Assembly: GCA_041242255.1 (NCBI GenBank)
Contig: JBESAV010000001.1
Span: forward strand, 936,478 to 1,000,477
From: Candidatus Altimarinota bacterium
GTDB taxonomy: Bacteria; Patescibacteriota; Gracilibacteria; UBA1369; GCA-2718715
Direction of reading: 5' to 3'
Length of the DNA stretch: 64,000 nt
Position 1 is the stretch's first letter. Each line of letters begins with the position of its first letter. This document shows positions 40,488 to 51,460 of this stretch, piece after piece. The notes under the pieces were generated by a model. It made no database searches and was not told the DNA's origin. It saw nothing but the letters and a program-made list of their open reading frames with translations. The position numbers were made by a program, and so were the translations under genes.

Positions 40488-41777
40488 TCACCCCATAAAA
40501 TCCCTGACTCTCTCATCCAAAATTATATCCTTCATCTGGATCGGACGAGCTAGTCTTAATCCTCCAAAAGACCTACACCTACTCAAGGCCACGTAAGTCT
40601 GACCATGAGCAAAACTCCCCCATCCCATATCTACAACAACATTCTCAAAAGTTTTACCCTGAGATTTATGAATAGTTATAGCCCAAGCTAAGCGCAAAGG
40701 AAATTGCTCCATTGATGCAACAGCTTTTGATTCCAGTTCACCTCCATCATTCATACCATACTTGAAAACTTCCCAAGTATGCCTTTTCACAGTAACTAGT
40801 TTTCGATTATCAACAAGTCTCACTTTTATCTCCATTTTAAACTCATCAATACTCTCAATTCTACCAATCGATCCATTCACCCACCTTCCGACTGGATCAT
40901 TGTTCAAGAACATAACCTGAGCCCCTTCCTTCAAGCTTAAAACATCCTCCACTGCTCTTTGCATAGCAGAATCAACATTCCCATTCACCTTAGTCTCAAA
41001 CTCAATACTATCTCCATAGAGCTCCTCCAAACGGGCCTTATTTATTATATCCACCTTCTTATTCGTTGTAGCAAGATAAACCATTCCATCCTCCTCAAGA
41101 TCGATCTCCTCTACCCTACTATTAAGTCTCTCCAAATCTTCCATCTCAACATTCTTCTCACGAACACCATTCAATATCCTCACAAAATCGACCTCATCCT
41201 GCCTGTGTATTTTTCTCAACTCTACCTTTTTCAACTCAACCTTATTCATAACATTCGCCGAAAAGAAATAAGGCGACCGATACATCATCTTAAAGTTGTC
41301 TTCTTCATTTCTAGTCAAAACCGGAGGCAACTGATACAGATCACCAACAAATGCCATTTGTAATCCTCCAAAAGCATCCCAACTACCTCGGACCAACCTC
41401 AAGAATTTATCAATATAATCCAACAAATCCGCCCTCAACATCGACACCTCATCAATCACAATCATATCAATCTTTTGCATCAATTCTCTTTTTTCCTTAG
41501 AAGTTTTCTTAAAAATCCTCTCAATCATCTCATCATTCACCCCAGGCTTAAACCCAAAAAAAGAATGAATTGTCTCACCCTTCACATTAAGAGCAGCCAC
41601 CCCTGTTGGAGCCAAAACCACCACCGACTTTTTGGTATTATCCAAAAACAACTTAAGCAAAGTCGACTTACCTGTCCCGGCTTTTCCAGTCAAAAACAAA
41701 GAATGATCAGTAAGCTCCATAATATCCAAAGCATCCTTCCACTCTCTAGTAAATTTTAATTCTTTCATAATACTCAC
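40488..41777 (-). CDS. PIF1/RecD-like SF1B DNA helicase
   Basis: GKAGTGKS, APTGVAA, IDEVSM, GDLYQLPPV, QFPLRLAWAITIHKSQG, YVALSR. Confidence 0.93.
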   Translation of the reverse strand: MSIMKELKFTREWKDALDIMELTDHSLFLTGKAGTGKSTLLKLFLDNTKKSVVVLAPTGVAALNVKGETIHSFFGFKPGVNDEMIERIFKKTSKEKRELMQKIDMIVIDEVSMLRADLLDYIDKFLRLVRGSWDAFGGLQMAFVGDLYQLPPVLTRNEEDNFKMMYRSPYFFSANVMNKVELKKVELRKIHRQDEVDFVRILNGVREKNVEMEDLERLNSRVEEIDLEEDGMVYLATTNKKVDIINKARLEELYGDSIEFETKVNGNVDSAMQRAVEDVLSLKEGAQVMFLNNDPVGRWVNGSIGRIESIDEFKMEIKVRLVDNRKLVTVKRHTWEVFKYGMNDGGELESKAVASMEQFPLRLAWAITIHKSQGKTFENVVVDMGWGSFAHGQTYVALSRCRSFGGLRLARPIQMKDIILDERVRDFMG

Positions 41778-41870
41778 ACCCTAACTCACTTCAGTAAGTT
41801 TTAGAAGCAAAACCCAGGCTTGACATAACCAAGCTAAATAGTAAAATGCAAAACAATCCAAATACAATAT

Positions 41871-42374
41871 ATGAAACCACAAGGATTAGAAGACATACAC
41901 AAAAGAATAATTAAAGACGAAACTCTAAATGATAGAGAGAAAGGTCTCGCAACTTTTCTAATTTGCAGAGAAATATATCTCTTATTGGATAATTCCTCAA
42001 GATTCACAACTGATGAAAAAGAAACACTTCTAGAAATAAGTGAATATATATACGAAGCAGCTTTACCCATTATAAATGATATTAATCATTTAACTTACGA
42101 TAAGTTAAGAGGTATACATAAAGCACTCATCAAAGGAGAAATCAAAAGCATATCTCAATTAACTACTATAACTAAAGCATTTTATAAAGCAGCTCACATT
42201 CACCTAACCTTAGATGACCAAAACAACTCGTACGAAAAATTCTACCAGTTAATATCCGACAATAAACTACAAGGTCATATCCACCTAGCAACACCAGACA
42301 GGATAATTACACTTATAGTTAAAATCATCAAACAGATCCAAACAACTATAAACCAAGTAAACTCTCAAGATTAA
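41871..42374 (+). CDS. Hypothetical protein
   Basis: 167-aa helical ORF preceded by TTGACA(41820)-N16-TAAAAT. Confidence 0.65.
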   Translation: MKPQGLEDIHKRIIKDETLNDREKGLATFLICREIYLLLDNSSRFTTDEKETLLEISEYIYEAALPIINDINHLTYDKLRGIHKALIKGEIKSISQLTTITKAFYKAAHIHLTLDDQNNSYEKFYQLISDNKLQGHIHLATPDRIITLIVKIIKQIQTTINQVNSQD

Positions 42375-42400
42375 ACCAGCACTTTAACCAAAACCTCCCC

Positions 42401-42428
42401 TTGCAAAAACGCAATAAACCCGTATACT
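42401..42428 (+). promoter_or_regulatory. str operon promoter
   Basis: TTGCAA-N16-TATACT. Confidence 0.6.
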
Positions 42429-42626
42429 GCCAACGACAAAACTAGAAAACATGAAGTGAAAACACTAAGTAACTTCCCCACTCGACCAAAATATGGTCGC
42501 TTAACTTGATTAGTAAATAAGTCAGAAAGCCCTCAAAAGGCATAGACAAAAACTCATCAAATAAACTCTAGCAAGTCACAGTCGCAAAAACGACACGCAT
42601 AAAATTAATAATATTTAATAGCAATT

Positions 42627-43040
42627 ATGCCTACTATCAATCAACTAGTACGCAAAGGACGAAAGTCTAAGTCTAAAAAAGACAAATCTATTGCCTTGAG
42701 TCATACAATTGATACTCAAAAAAACAATAGAAAGACTTACCAGTTCGCTCCTCAAAAAAGAGGTGTATGTACTAAGGTGTTTACAATGACACCAAAAAAA
42801 CCTAATTCGGCCCTACGTAAAGTTGCCAGAGTTAGACTAACCAATGGTATGGAGGTTAACGCCTACATCGGTGGTGAAGGACACAACCTACAAGAGCACA
42901 GTGTGGTTCTAGTAAGAGGTGGAAGAGTAAAAGATCTTCCGGGTGTACGTTATCACATCGTTCGTGGTTCACTTGATCTACAAGGAGTAGAAGGTCGTGG
43001 ACAAGGACGTTCAAAATACGGTACAAAGAAACCAAAATAA
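42627..43040 (+). CDS. rpsL: 30S ribosomal protein S12
   Basis: [31 protein letters not shown]. Confidence 0.99.
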   Translation: MPTINQLVRKGRKSKSKKDKSIALSHTIDTQKNNRKTYQFAPQKRGVCTKVFTMTPKKPNSALRKVARVRLTNGMEVNAYIGGEGHNLQEHSVVLVRGGRVKDLPGVRYHIVRGSLDLQGVEGRGQGRSKYGTKKPK

Positions 43041-43072
43041 TACCGTCAATTAATCTGTAATTACTTAAAAAT

Positions 43073-43528
43073 ATGAGTAGATCAAAAGTAAACTTCATAG
43101 CCAAAGGTAACACTGAGCTATTGGAGAAATTTATCAACTACATCATGAAAGACGGTAAAAAAACCGTAGCACGTCGTAACTTAACCGACGCTTTCGCGAT
43201 CATCAAAAAGAAAACTGGAGAAAACCCACAAGAAGTTTTCGACAAAGCAATGTCAGAAGCTAAACCTTCAATGGAAGTTAGACCAAAAAGAATCGGAGGA
43301 TCTGTTTACCAAATCCCTATGGAAGTTAAACCATTCCGCCAATTCCAATTAGCTTCAAGATGGATTCTAGCAGCTGTAAGATCACAAAAAGGTTCTGCAT
43401 TCTCTCAAAGACTTGCAAACATCATCATGCAAACTGCCAATGGTGAAGGACCAGTGATTAAGAAGAAAGAAGACACGCACAGAATGGCACAAGCCAACAA
43501 AGCATTCGCTCATTTTGCACGTTACTAA
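43073..43528 (+). CDS. rpsG: 30S ribosomal protein S7
   Basis: FINYIMKDGKK, RIGGSVYQIP, HRMAQANKAFAH. Confidence 0.98.
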   Translation: MSRSKVNFIAKGNTELLEKFINYIMKDGKKTVARRNLTDAFAIIKKKTGENPQEVFDKAMSEAKPSMEVRPKRIGGSVYQIPMEVKPFRQFQLASRWILAAVRSQKGSAFSQRLANIIMQTANGEGPVIKKKEDTHRMAQANKAFAHFARY

Positions 43529-43589
43529 TTCTTCCATCGTAACCCACCAGGGTTACCAATATAAAAATCACATAAACTAAATATTTCAA

Positions 43590-45668
43590 ATGAGTGACTT
43601 AAAAAAACTAAGAAATATCGGGATCTTCGCCCACATCGATGCCGGTAAAACAACAACAACAGAACGTATTCTTTTCTACACGGGTGTAAACCACAAAATC
43701 GGTGAAACTCATGAAGGAGAGTCTACTATGGACTGGATGGAACAAGAAAAAGAAAGAGGTATCACAATTACTTCTGCTGCTACAACTTGTCAGTGGAAAG
43801 ACATCCGTATCAACATCATCGATACTCCAGGTCACGTGGACTTCACTATTGAAGTTGAACGTGCACTACGTGTACTTGATGGTGGTATCGCTGTATTTGA
43901 TGGTTCTCAGGGTGTAGAGCCTCAATCTGAAACAGTTTGGAGACAAGCTGAAAGATACAATGTTCCAAGAATCGCTTTCGTAAACAAAATGGATAAAACA
44001 GGTGCTGATTTCTTCATGTCACTTGAGTCAATCCACAAAAGACTTTCTCCAAACGCAGTTGCAATTCAATACCCAATGGGTGCTGAATCAGACTTCCAAG
44101 GAGTTATCGATCTTGTAGAAATGAAAGCTTTCGAATTCGAAGGAGACATGGGTGAAAAAGTTATCGAAAAAGAAATTCCAGCTGAACATTTAGAAGCAGC
44201 TAAAGAATGGAGAGCTAAAATGATCGAAAAGATTTCAGAAAACGACGATGCTCTTATGGAAAAATTCTTCGAAGGTACTGAACTTTCAGAAGAAGAAATC
44301 AAAGCTGCAATCAGAAAACAAACAATCACTGAACAAATCTTCCCAGTTCTATGTGGTACTGCCTTACAAAACAAAGGTGTACAAAGAGCTCTAGATGCAG
44401 TTCGTGACTACCTACCATCTCCAGTTGATATTGGAACAGTTGAAGGTCAAGAACCAGACACTGGTGAACCAATGAGCAGAAAACTAACAACAGACGAAAA
44501 AATGTCTGGTCTAGTATTCAAAATTGCAACTGATCCATTCGTAGGTAAACTATCATTTATCCGTGTTTACTCAGGAGTACTTAAATCAGGAAGCTACGTA
44601 TACAACCCAGTATCAGGACAAAAAGAAAGAATCGGTCGTATCGTACAAATGCATGCTGACTCTAGAGAAGAGATCAAAGAGATCAAAGCTGGAGACATCG
44701 CTGCACTTATTGGTCTAAAAGCTACAAAAACTGGGGAAACTTTATGTGATGAGAATGCTCCAATCGTCCTTGAATCAATGGAGTTCCCAGAACCAGTAAT
44801 CTCGATCGCAATTGAACCAAAAACAAAAGCCGATCAAGAAAAAATGGGTATGGCTCTTGCAAAACTTGCAGAGGAAGATCCATCATTCAGAGTTTCAACT
44901 GACGAAGAAACAGGACAAACAATCATCGCAGGTATGGGTGAGCTTCATCTAGATATCATCGTTGATCGTATGAAACGTGAGTTCAAAGTTGAAGCCAACA
45001 CAGGTCAACCACAAGTTGCCTACAGAGAAACTATCCAACAACCAGTTGATCACGAAGTTAAATACTCTAAACAATCAGGTGGTAGAGGTCAGTTCGGTCA
45101 TGTACTTATTAAGTTCTCTCCACTCGAACAAGTTGAAGGTGAAGAAAACAAAGAGTACGAATTCGTTGACTCAGTAGTTGGAGGTAAAATCCCTAAAGAA
45201 TACATCCCATCAGTAGATAAAGGTATCCAACAAGCAATGAGCAGAGGTATCGTTGCAGGTTACCCACTAGTTGGTGTAAGAGCTGAACTATACGAAGGTT
45301 CTTACCATGACGTAGATTCGTCTGGTTTCGCCTTTGAAATGGCAGGAAGTATGTGTTTCCGTGAAGCAGCTCAAAAAGCTAAACCAGTTCTACTTGAACC
45401 AATTATGGATGTAGAAATCACAACTCCAGAAGAATACTTTGGAGATGTAATGGGTAACGTTTCATCTAAACGTGGACAAATCAGAGACTCTGAAGAAAGA
45501 GGAACTGCTAAACTAGTTAGATGTTACATACCTCTATCAGAAATGTTCGGATACGCAACTGAACTAAGATCCCTTACTCAAGGTAGAGCATCTTACTCAA
45601 TGCAATTCGACCACTACGAAAAAGTTCCTACAAATGTAGCTGAAGAAATCAAAGCTGCTCGAAGCTAA
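43590..45668 (+). CDS. fusA: Elongation factor G
   Basis: [33 protein letters not shown]. Confidence 0.99.
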   Translation: MSDLKKLRNIGIFAHIDAGKTTTTERILFYTGVNHKIGETHEGESTMDWMEQEKERGITITSAATTCQWKDIRINIIDTPGHVDFTIEVERALRVLDGGIAVFDGSQGVEPQSETVWRQAERYNVPRIAFVNKMDKTGADFFMSLESIHKRLSPNAVAIQYPMGAESDFQGVIDLVEMKAFEFEGDMGEKVIEKEIPAEHLEAAKEWRAKMIEKISENDDALMEKFFEGTELSEEEIKAAIRKQTITEQIFPVLCGTALQNKGVQRALDAVRDYLPSPVDIGTVEGQEPDTGEPMSRKLTTDEKMSGLVFKIATDPFVGKLSFIRVYSGVLKSGSYVYNPVSGQKERIGRIVQMHADSREEIKEIKAGDIAALIGLKATKTGETLCDENAPIVLESMEFPEPVISIAIEPKTKADQEKMGMALAKLAEEDPSFRVSTDEETGQTIIAGMGELHLDIIVDRMKREFKVEANTGQPQVAYRETIQQPVDHEVKYSKQSGGRGQFGHVLIKFSPLEQVEGEENKEYEFVDSVVGGKIPKEYIPSVDKGIQQAMSRGIVAGYPLVGVRAELYEGSYHDVDSSGFAFEMAGSMCFREAAQKAKPVLLEPIMDVEITTPEEYFGDVMGNVSSKRGQIRDSEERGTAKLVRCYIPLSEMFGYATELRSLTQGRASYSMQFDHYEKVPTNVAEEIKAARS

Positions 45669-45690
45669 CAATTCACTACAAAAATTAAAC

Positions 45691-45756
45691 ACAAGCAACT
45701 TTTTCCCAGAATAAAGTCTTGTCAGGCAGGAACTTATCAAGTAAAATCCTGCCTGA
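45691..45756 (+). promoter_or_regulatory. Tandem hairpins in the fusA-tuf spacer
   Basis: ACAAG..ACTTT/AAAGT.CTTGT, then a perfect 10-bp stem TCAGGCAGGA/TCCTGCCTGA. Confidence 0.55.
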
Positions 45757-45802
45757 AAAATCCTTTTCTAAAATAAAATAAAAAACAATTAACCAATAAA
45801 TT

Positions 45803-46990
45803 ATGAACGCTACGTTCGACAGATCAAAACCGCATGTTAATGTGGGTACCATTGGTCACGTTGACCACGGTAAAACAACTCTTTCTGCAGCTCTTACAGC
45901 TGTAGCAGCAGCTCACTTCGGTGGGAACAATGTTGCAAGAGCTTTCGACCAAATCGATAACGCTCCTGAAGAAAAAGAAAGAGGTATTACAATCGCTACT
46001 TCTCATCAAGAGTACGAAACAGAGGCAAGACATTACGGACACGTTGATTGTCCAGGACATGCTGATTACGTTAAAAACATGATTACAGGTGCTGCCCAAA
46101 TGGATGGTGCAATCCTTGTAGTATCAGCTGCTGATGGTCCTATGCCACAAACAAGAGAACACATCCTACTTGCTAGACAGGTAAACGTTCCTTACATCGT
46201 AGTATTCATGAACAAAATGGATATTGCTGATCCAGAAATCGCTGAACTTTCAGAAATGGAAATCAGAGATCTTCTAAACAAATACGAATTCCCAGGAGAT
46301 GATACTCCAATCATTAAAGGTTCAGCTCTTAAAGCCCTTGAAAATCCAAGTGGTGACGACGCTAAACCAGTAGTTGAACTTCTAGAAACTCTTGATTCTT
46401 ACATCCCAACTCCAGAAAGAGAACTAGACAAACCATTCCTACTTCCAGTAGAAGACATCTTCTCTATCAAAGGTAGAGGTACGGTTGCAACTGGTCGTAT
46501 CGAACAAGGTGTAATCAACGTAAATGACGAAGTTGAAATCGTTGGTGTAAAAGACACTAGAAAAGTAGTAGTTACTGGAGTAGAAATGTTCAGAAAACTA
46601 CTAGACAGAGGTGAAGCTGGTGATAACGTTGGTCTTCTTCTAAGAGGTATCGAAAGAGAAGAAATTGAAAGAGGTCAAGTATTGGCTAAACCAGGAACAA
46701 TTACTCCTCATACTAAATTCGAAGCTGAGGTTTACGTTCTATCTAAAGACGAAGGTGGAAGACATACGCCATTCTTCAAAGGTTACAAACCACAATTCTA
46801 CATCAGAACGACTGATGTAACTGGAGACATTGAGCTTCCAGATGGAGTTGAAATGGTAATGCCTGGTGATAACATCAAAATGACTGTTAACCTAGGAGTA
46901 CCGATTGCAATCGAAGAAGGTCTAAGATTCGCTATCCGTGAAGGTGGTAGAACAGTTGGAGCTGGAGTTGTAGCAAAAATCATTGAATAA
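45803..46990 (+). CDS. tuf: Elongation factor Tu
   Basis: [35 protein letters not shown]. Confidence 0.99.
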   Translation: MNATFDRSKPHVNVGTIGHVDHGKTTLSAALTAVAAAHFGGNNVARAFDQIDNAPEEKERGITIATSHQEYETEARHYGHVDCPGHADYVKNMITGAAQMDGAILVVSAADGPMPQTREHILLARQVNVPYIVVFMNKMDIADPEIAELSEMEIRDLLNKYEFPGDDTPIIKGSALKALENPSGDDAKPVVELLETLDSYIPTPERELDKPFLLPVEDIFSIKGRGTVATGRIEQGVINVNDEVEIVGVKDTRKVVVTGVEMFRKLLDRGEAGDNVGLLLRGIEREEIERGQVLAKPGTITPHTKFEAEVYVLSKDEGGRHTPFFKGYKPQFYIRTTDVTGDIELPDGVEMVMPGDNIKMTVNLGVPIAIEEGLRFAIREGGRTVGAGVVAKIIE

Positions 46991-47021
46991 TTCCTCCCAA
47001 GACTAGTAAAGAAATCCAAAG

Positions 47022-47053
47022 AAACCCTGATCTCCAGATAGACTCAGGGTTTT
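47022..47053 (+). terminator. Terminator after tuf
   Basis: AAACCCTGA...TCAGGGTTTT. Confidence 0.75.
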
Positions 47054-47079
47054 CTTACAAAATATAATCACACACAAAA

Positions 47080-49122
47080 ATGAAAAAGATCCTAAGCAGC
47101 TTACTGATTACACTTTTAATAAGTGGACAAGCTTTAGCAGAAACTCCCGCTTTGCCTCTTTACCAAGAACCAGACATTGATATGGAGTTTATGCTTGAAA
47201 ACAATGACAACAGCATAGCAAACCTAATTAACGCATTCATTGATACAAGTCTTGTATCTGAAGACTTTAATGAAAAAGAAACTCAGATCATAAGTCTCTT
47301 CAGAGAAGAATTAGCAGGAGAAACTATCCTTCTTCAAGCCCAAAACTCTGGAGCAGTTCTAGTTTCAGAACAAACCTCAGTAGAGTTTAATGATTTCCTA
47401 CAAGAAATTGAAGAAATCATTTCTCTAAGAACTGAAACTTCAGGCTTCATGTCTTACGAAATAAGATTTGGTGACCTCGCTTTTGCAAACTTCAATGACA
47501 AGCTAGTAATCTCAGACAGCAATGAAACTATCTTCGCACTTAGTGAAGAAGTTCCATCAGAAGATTTAGTTCTAGAGGGTCAATCTATTCTCTCTATCGA
47601 AGGTACATATGATTCAAGCGAATTTGATTACCTTGTTAGCGAAAACCCAGACGGAACTTTGATTTCATCAGCTGAAACTCAATTTGATTCTTCAATCAAT
47701 ACAGATGGATTCAACACAAACCAACATCTTTACAACGACCTACCTTCAAACAATGCATTCTTTTACATAGAAGCAAACAAAATTTTAGACATGGTAGTTT
47801 CATTTCTTCCAGAAACAGAAAGAAATGAAGTGTTAGAAGAACTCGATTTTGAACTATCACAAGATCTTCCAAACTACGAAACATTGTTAAACAAACAAAC
47901 TGCTTTCCTAGTAGATCTAAATGATACTATTCTACCTCACCTTACTTTAGCTATGGCTGATATATCAGTAAGTGAAGCAGAACAACTTAATGGTTTCTTT
48001 GGACCAATGCTTTCAGCTGAACTTGAGTCATCTGATTTCACAACTCAAACAACAGAAGTAAACGCAAACCTAACTCAAGTAGTTTACACTGCAACAGAAA
48101 CTAACGCTGAGGCAGATCTTCTGGATATTGATTCAATCACTGTAACTTACGGACTTCACGAAGGAAACTACATTCTTTCAAACAACCCAACTATCCTTAC
48201 TGCTCAAGAAACATTAGGACAAGACTCTACTTTTAGTAATAGTGTTGCAGCATCAAAAGCAAATGTTACGACTGTATCTTTCATCGACTTCAACACACTA
48301 GCAAACCAAGTAGATGTTTATGCAGCTGCATACAAAAAAATTGCTGAACCTATTGAAACTGAAACTCAAGAGTCTTTAGATACTATCGAAAACATCTTGA
48401 ATGAAATGGAAGCATGGAGTGGTTACGGATACTTCGAAGGAAACACTTACCTTGAAAAAGGTGAAGTAAAGATACCTTCTCAAGAAATCCAAACTCTTCT
48501 AAATGAATTACCAAAATCTGACCTTTATCAAGACAATTACATATACACTCCATACGATGACGTAGCTTCTGGTAGCTGGTATGAAGAAGCAGTCTCACAA
48601 GCTTACTACGATGGAATTGTAGATGCCTACGACCCTATCAGAGAAGAATACACTTATGAGTTCCAACCAGGACAAGATATAACTAGAGGTGAATTTGTAG
48701 ACATGATAGTTAGAGCCTACGATCTTCAATACGAAGATATTGACCAATACGGATCTGAAATCTTCTCAGACGTAGATTCAGTTTCATACTATGACTACTC
48801 TATCGGGATCGCATATCAATTTGGACTAGTTAGAGGTGATGATGGTGCAAACACTTTCAGACCAAACGATACTCTAAACAGAGCCGAAGCAGTTCAAATC
48901 CTATACAACGCAAGTCCCCTTCTAAACGGTAAAACAAGTTCTACAAACAACTTCAAAGATGTTCCAAACGGAGCTTGGTACCAAAACATTGTTTCAGTAG
49001 CAGTACAAGAAAAAATTGTAGAAGGAATCAACCCTGAAGAATTCGCTCCAGCTAAAAACCTAAACAAAGCTGAAGCAATCACTTTAGTAATCAGATTAGT
49101 AAACAACGAAGTAAGATTCTAA
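47080..49122 (+). CDS. Secreted acidic SLH domain protein
   Basis: Signal peptide (ALA-E); three SLH repeats ITRGEF, LNRAEA, LNKAEA. Confidence 0.85.
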   Translation: MKKILSSLLITLLISGQALAETPALPLYQEPDIDMEFMLENNDNSIANLINAFIDTSLVSEDFNEKETQIISLFREELAGETILLQAQNSGAVLVSEQTSVEFNDFLQEIEEIISLRTETSGFMSYEIRFGDLAFANFNDKLVISDSNETIFALSEEVPSEDLVLEGQSILSIEGTYDSSEFDYLVSENPDGTLISSAETQFDSSINTDGFNTNQHLYNDLPSNNAFFYIEANKILDMVVSFLPETERNEVLEELDFELSQDLPNYETLLNKQTAFLVDLNDTILPHLTLAMADISVSEAEQLNGFFGPMLSAELESSDFTTQTTEVNANLTQVVYTATETNAEADLLDIDSITVTYGLHEGNYILSNNPTILTAQETLGQDSTFSNSVAASKANVTTVSFIDFNTLANQVDVYAAAYKKIAEPIETETQESLDTIENILNEMEAWSGYGYFEGNTYLEKGEVKIPSQEIQTLLNELPKSDLYQDNYIYTPYDDVASGSWYEEAVSQAYYDGIVDAYDPIREEYTYEFQPGQDITRGEFVDMIVRAYDLQYEDIDQYGSEIFSDVDSVSYYDYSIGIAYQFGLVRGDDGANTFRPNDTLNRAEAVQILYNASPLLNGKTSSTNNFKDVPNGAWYQNIVSVAVQEKIVEGINPEEFAPAKNLNKAEAITLVIRLVNNEVRF

Positions 49123-49143
49123 TCCCAACTTCATTACTAATCC

Positions 49144-49172
49144 AAAAAGTCTCCCACTCAGGGAGGCTTTTT
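49144..49172 (+). terminator. Terminator after the SLH gene
   Basis: AAAAAGTCTCCC-ACTCA-GGGAGGCTTTTT. Confidence 0.8.
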
Positions 49173-49193
49173 ATTTATTTTAAGAGTTTTATC

Positions 49194-49352
49194 TTGACCA
49201 ACCCCCTACCTTAATATATAAATTAACCACCTCAAATACTGCTCTTAGTATTTAAGGCTTCCCACCAGAAATGAAACCAAGGGAAACAACTCGAAATTCT
49301 GAAAATCCCTGAGTTGTTAAAATACAAAAGAGCACTCCGGGATTTTTTATTT
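49194..49352 (+). promoter_or_regulatory. rpsJ promoter and attenuator-like leader
   Basis: TTGACC-N17-TATAAA; uORF 49271-49312; antiterminator 49285-49293/49310-49318; terminator 49302-49352. Confidence 0.55.
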
Positions 49353-49417
49353 CAAACTAAATCTCATTCAGCAACGGAAGCACCTTTAAATATCAATAAA
49401 TTTAATCAAATACAATT

Positions 49418-49741
49418 ATGGCTGCTGGTCAAAAAATCCGCATCAAAGTACAAAGCTACGATCATAAAATCCTCGATGACGTATGCAAACTTATCATCCA
49501 AACTGCAATCGATTCTGGAGCAATCATTGCTGGACCAATTCCACTTCCAACAAAAATCAAGAAGTACACAGTAAATAGATCTACCTTCAAACATAAAACT
49601 TCTAGAGAACAATTCGAAATGAGAACCCACAGAAGATTGATCGACATCAAAGAAACTTCAAATCACACAATCGACTCACTCACAAACCTTACAGTACCAG
49701 CCGGAGTTGATATCGAAATTAAAATGATGATGGAAGCATAA
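49418..49741 (+). CDS. rpsJ: 30S ribosomal protein S10 (NusE)
   Basis: IRIKVQSYDH, GPIPLPT, SREQFEMRTHRRLIDI, PAGVDIEIK. Confidence 0.98.
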   Translation: MAAGQKIRIKVQSYDHKILDDVCKLIIQTAIDSGAIIAGPIPLPTKIKKYTVNRSTFKHKTSREQFEMRTHRRLIDIKETSNHTIDSLTNLTVPAGVDIEIKMMMEA

Positions 49742-49751
49742 TTCCAAAACT

Positions 49752-49778
49752 AAAGACCTCACTCAGAGGTCTTTTTTT
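49752..49778. terminator. Terminator after rpsJ
   Basis: AAAGACCTC-ACTCA-GAGGTCTTTTTTT. Confidence 0.85.
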
Positions 49779-49788
49779 ATATCCAAAA

Positions 49789-51285
49789 TTAAACTTTCAA
49801 TTTCTTTACCTCTTTCACTTTCGAATAATTCTTATTGTGTTTCAAACAAATCCCTAACTCAAATCTATCTCCAAGCCCCTTCACACAACTCTCGTAAATA
49901 TCTTCAGGCGTAAAAGTAAATACTAACCCAGCCTTTGATTTTGCCACAAATCCCAACTTCTGCTCCCCTGTTTTCAGATCCGAATAGGCTTTATATACAA
50001 GTTCAGAACATATAAAAGACCCTTCACTCAAAAAATCCAAACCATAGTCATACTCTTTTTCCATATTCAACAAGGCATACTCCAATGCATCCAACCTATC
50101 AAACTCACCAATCTTAGGTTTAAAAACAACAATCGAATCAGACTTCAAACCTTTCATATACTCAGTAGCAGTCACTCCTTTTTCAACTGCCTCTAAAACG
50201 TATTTGCTATCTCCCAACCTCAAATCATCCATAAGCTTCAAAACACTCTTTGAGTCTATACCAAAAAACTCACTAACCTGTTCTCTACTTCCAACATACA
50301 AAGCTGCATGAGTCCAATACCCTGGTATTACAACTGATGTCATTGTCAAAGCTCTTCTAACCAAAATAATATCTCCGGGCTCCAAAACATTAACTACCTT
50401 TTCTACATCTTTTTCATTCATTGCCATACCTCCCTCTCTGATCCTCCTTTTATCAATAAATAACAAAAACGACTTCAAAACAGGTACAAGCCTTTGCTGC
50501 TTAAAAAGACCAACCAAGCTAAAGTAATACTTCAAAGAAGACCAAAACGGAAACTGAGACACACCAACACTTCTCTTTATATCCCCAACAAAATTCTTCT
50601 TCAACTCCCCCACTTTCTTACTTCTAAAACTTAATCCATCCAAAACATACAAAGCCGATTTCAAAAAAACTTGTGTCGAAGGAAAAATCAAAGACCTCAA
50701 TAAATTCTTAAACGTGGAACTCTCAATCGACAATAAATAAACCACAAAATTACTTGCCTCAGACAACCTACTACCAACATCATACAAAGCTATAAAAGAA
50801 CTTGAATATATAAAGTAAATCATCTTACCTTTTTCGGTTTTCAAATCAGCTCCACCAGAGTATTTCCAAAAAAACTCATTCACCTGTTCAACCTTTTCTT
50901 CCATTTCAAAATACAATTTATTCAAGTCTTCCTTTTGAAAAATTGGTGCATCCTTAGCTAACTTCAAAAGCCCTTTTTTCTCTAACTCATGTAACAATCC
51001 TCTTATCTCATCAATCAAACTCAAAACCTCAATCAATTCTTTTTTAACCTCCTTATCAGCAAAAGACTTCATCTCCTTACGATATAAAAAGAAATCATAA
51101 GAGAAAAACCTCTTCAACCTCCAATCGTTCCAATCCATCAAAAGTAACAATCCCCCAACAACTCCTAAGCCTATGGCACCAATCTCAATTCCAACTCGCC
51201 ATAATCCAATCATTACTACTAACAAAACAAGATAAGCCACTCCCTTACTTATTACTGGTAATTTTTTCAAAATCATACTCTCCAC
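49789..51285 (-). CDS. Membrane-anchored permuted papain-like amidase (YiiX/YebB-like NlpC/P60)
   Basis: LEPGDIIL, PGYWTHAALYVG, VLEA, YDY, CSELVYKAY; N-terminal TM helices. Confidence 0.82.
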   Translation of the reverse strand: MESMILKKLPVISKGVAYLVLLVVMIGLWRVGIEIGAIGLGVVGGLLLLMDWNDWRLKRFFSYDFFLYRKEMKSFADKEVKKELIEVLSLIDEIRGLLHELEKKGLLKLAKDAPIFQKEDLNKLYFEMEEKVEQVNEFFWKYSGGADLKTEKGKMIYFIYSSSFIALYDVGSRLSEASNFVVYLLSIESSTFKNLLRSLIFPSTQVFLKSALYVLDGLSFRSKKVGELKKNFVGDIKRSVGVSQFPFWSSLKYYFSLVGLFKQQRLVPVLKSFLLFIDKRRIREGGMAMNEKDVEKVVNVLEPGDIILVRRALTMTSVVIPGYWTHAALYVGSREQVSEFFGIDSKSVLKLMDDLRLGDSKYVLEAVEKGVTATEYMKGLKSDSIVVFKPKIGEFDRLDALEYALLNMEKEYDYGLDFLSEGSFICSELVYKAYSDLKTGEQKLGFVAKSKAGLVFTFTPEDIYESCVKGLGDRFELGICLKHNKNYSKVKEVKKLKV

Positions 51286-51340
51286 TAAATATTTGTCTTA
51301 ATCAATATATACAAACCACAGCTACATCAGTAATTTCCCA

Positions 51341-51460
51341 TTGACAATTGGACCCAAAAGACCTTAAATTACACGAGCTTAAACATCGTTTTAAGTTTTA
51401 ATGAGTTTTCGGGCTCCATTTCTCAGTAAGATGCCAAATTAATGAGACAATGGAATCGCC
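51341..51460 (+). promoter_or_regulatory. rplC promoter and structured leader
   Basis: TTGACA at 51341 with an AT-rich -10; hairpin TCCATT-TCTCA/TGAGA-C-AATGGA at 51415-51454. Confidence 0.5.

Noticed and set aside
49314-49574. 86-aa ORF overlapping the rpsJ start
   Set aside because: TTG start inside the leader hairpin, out of frame with rpsJ, no recognisable features
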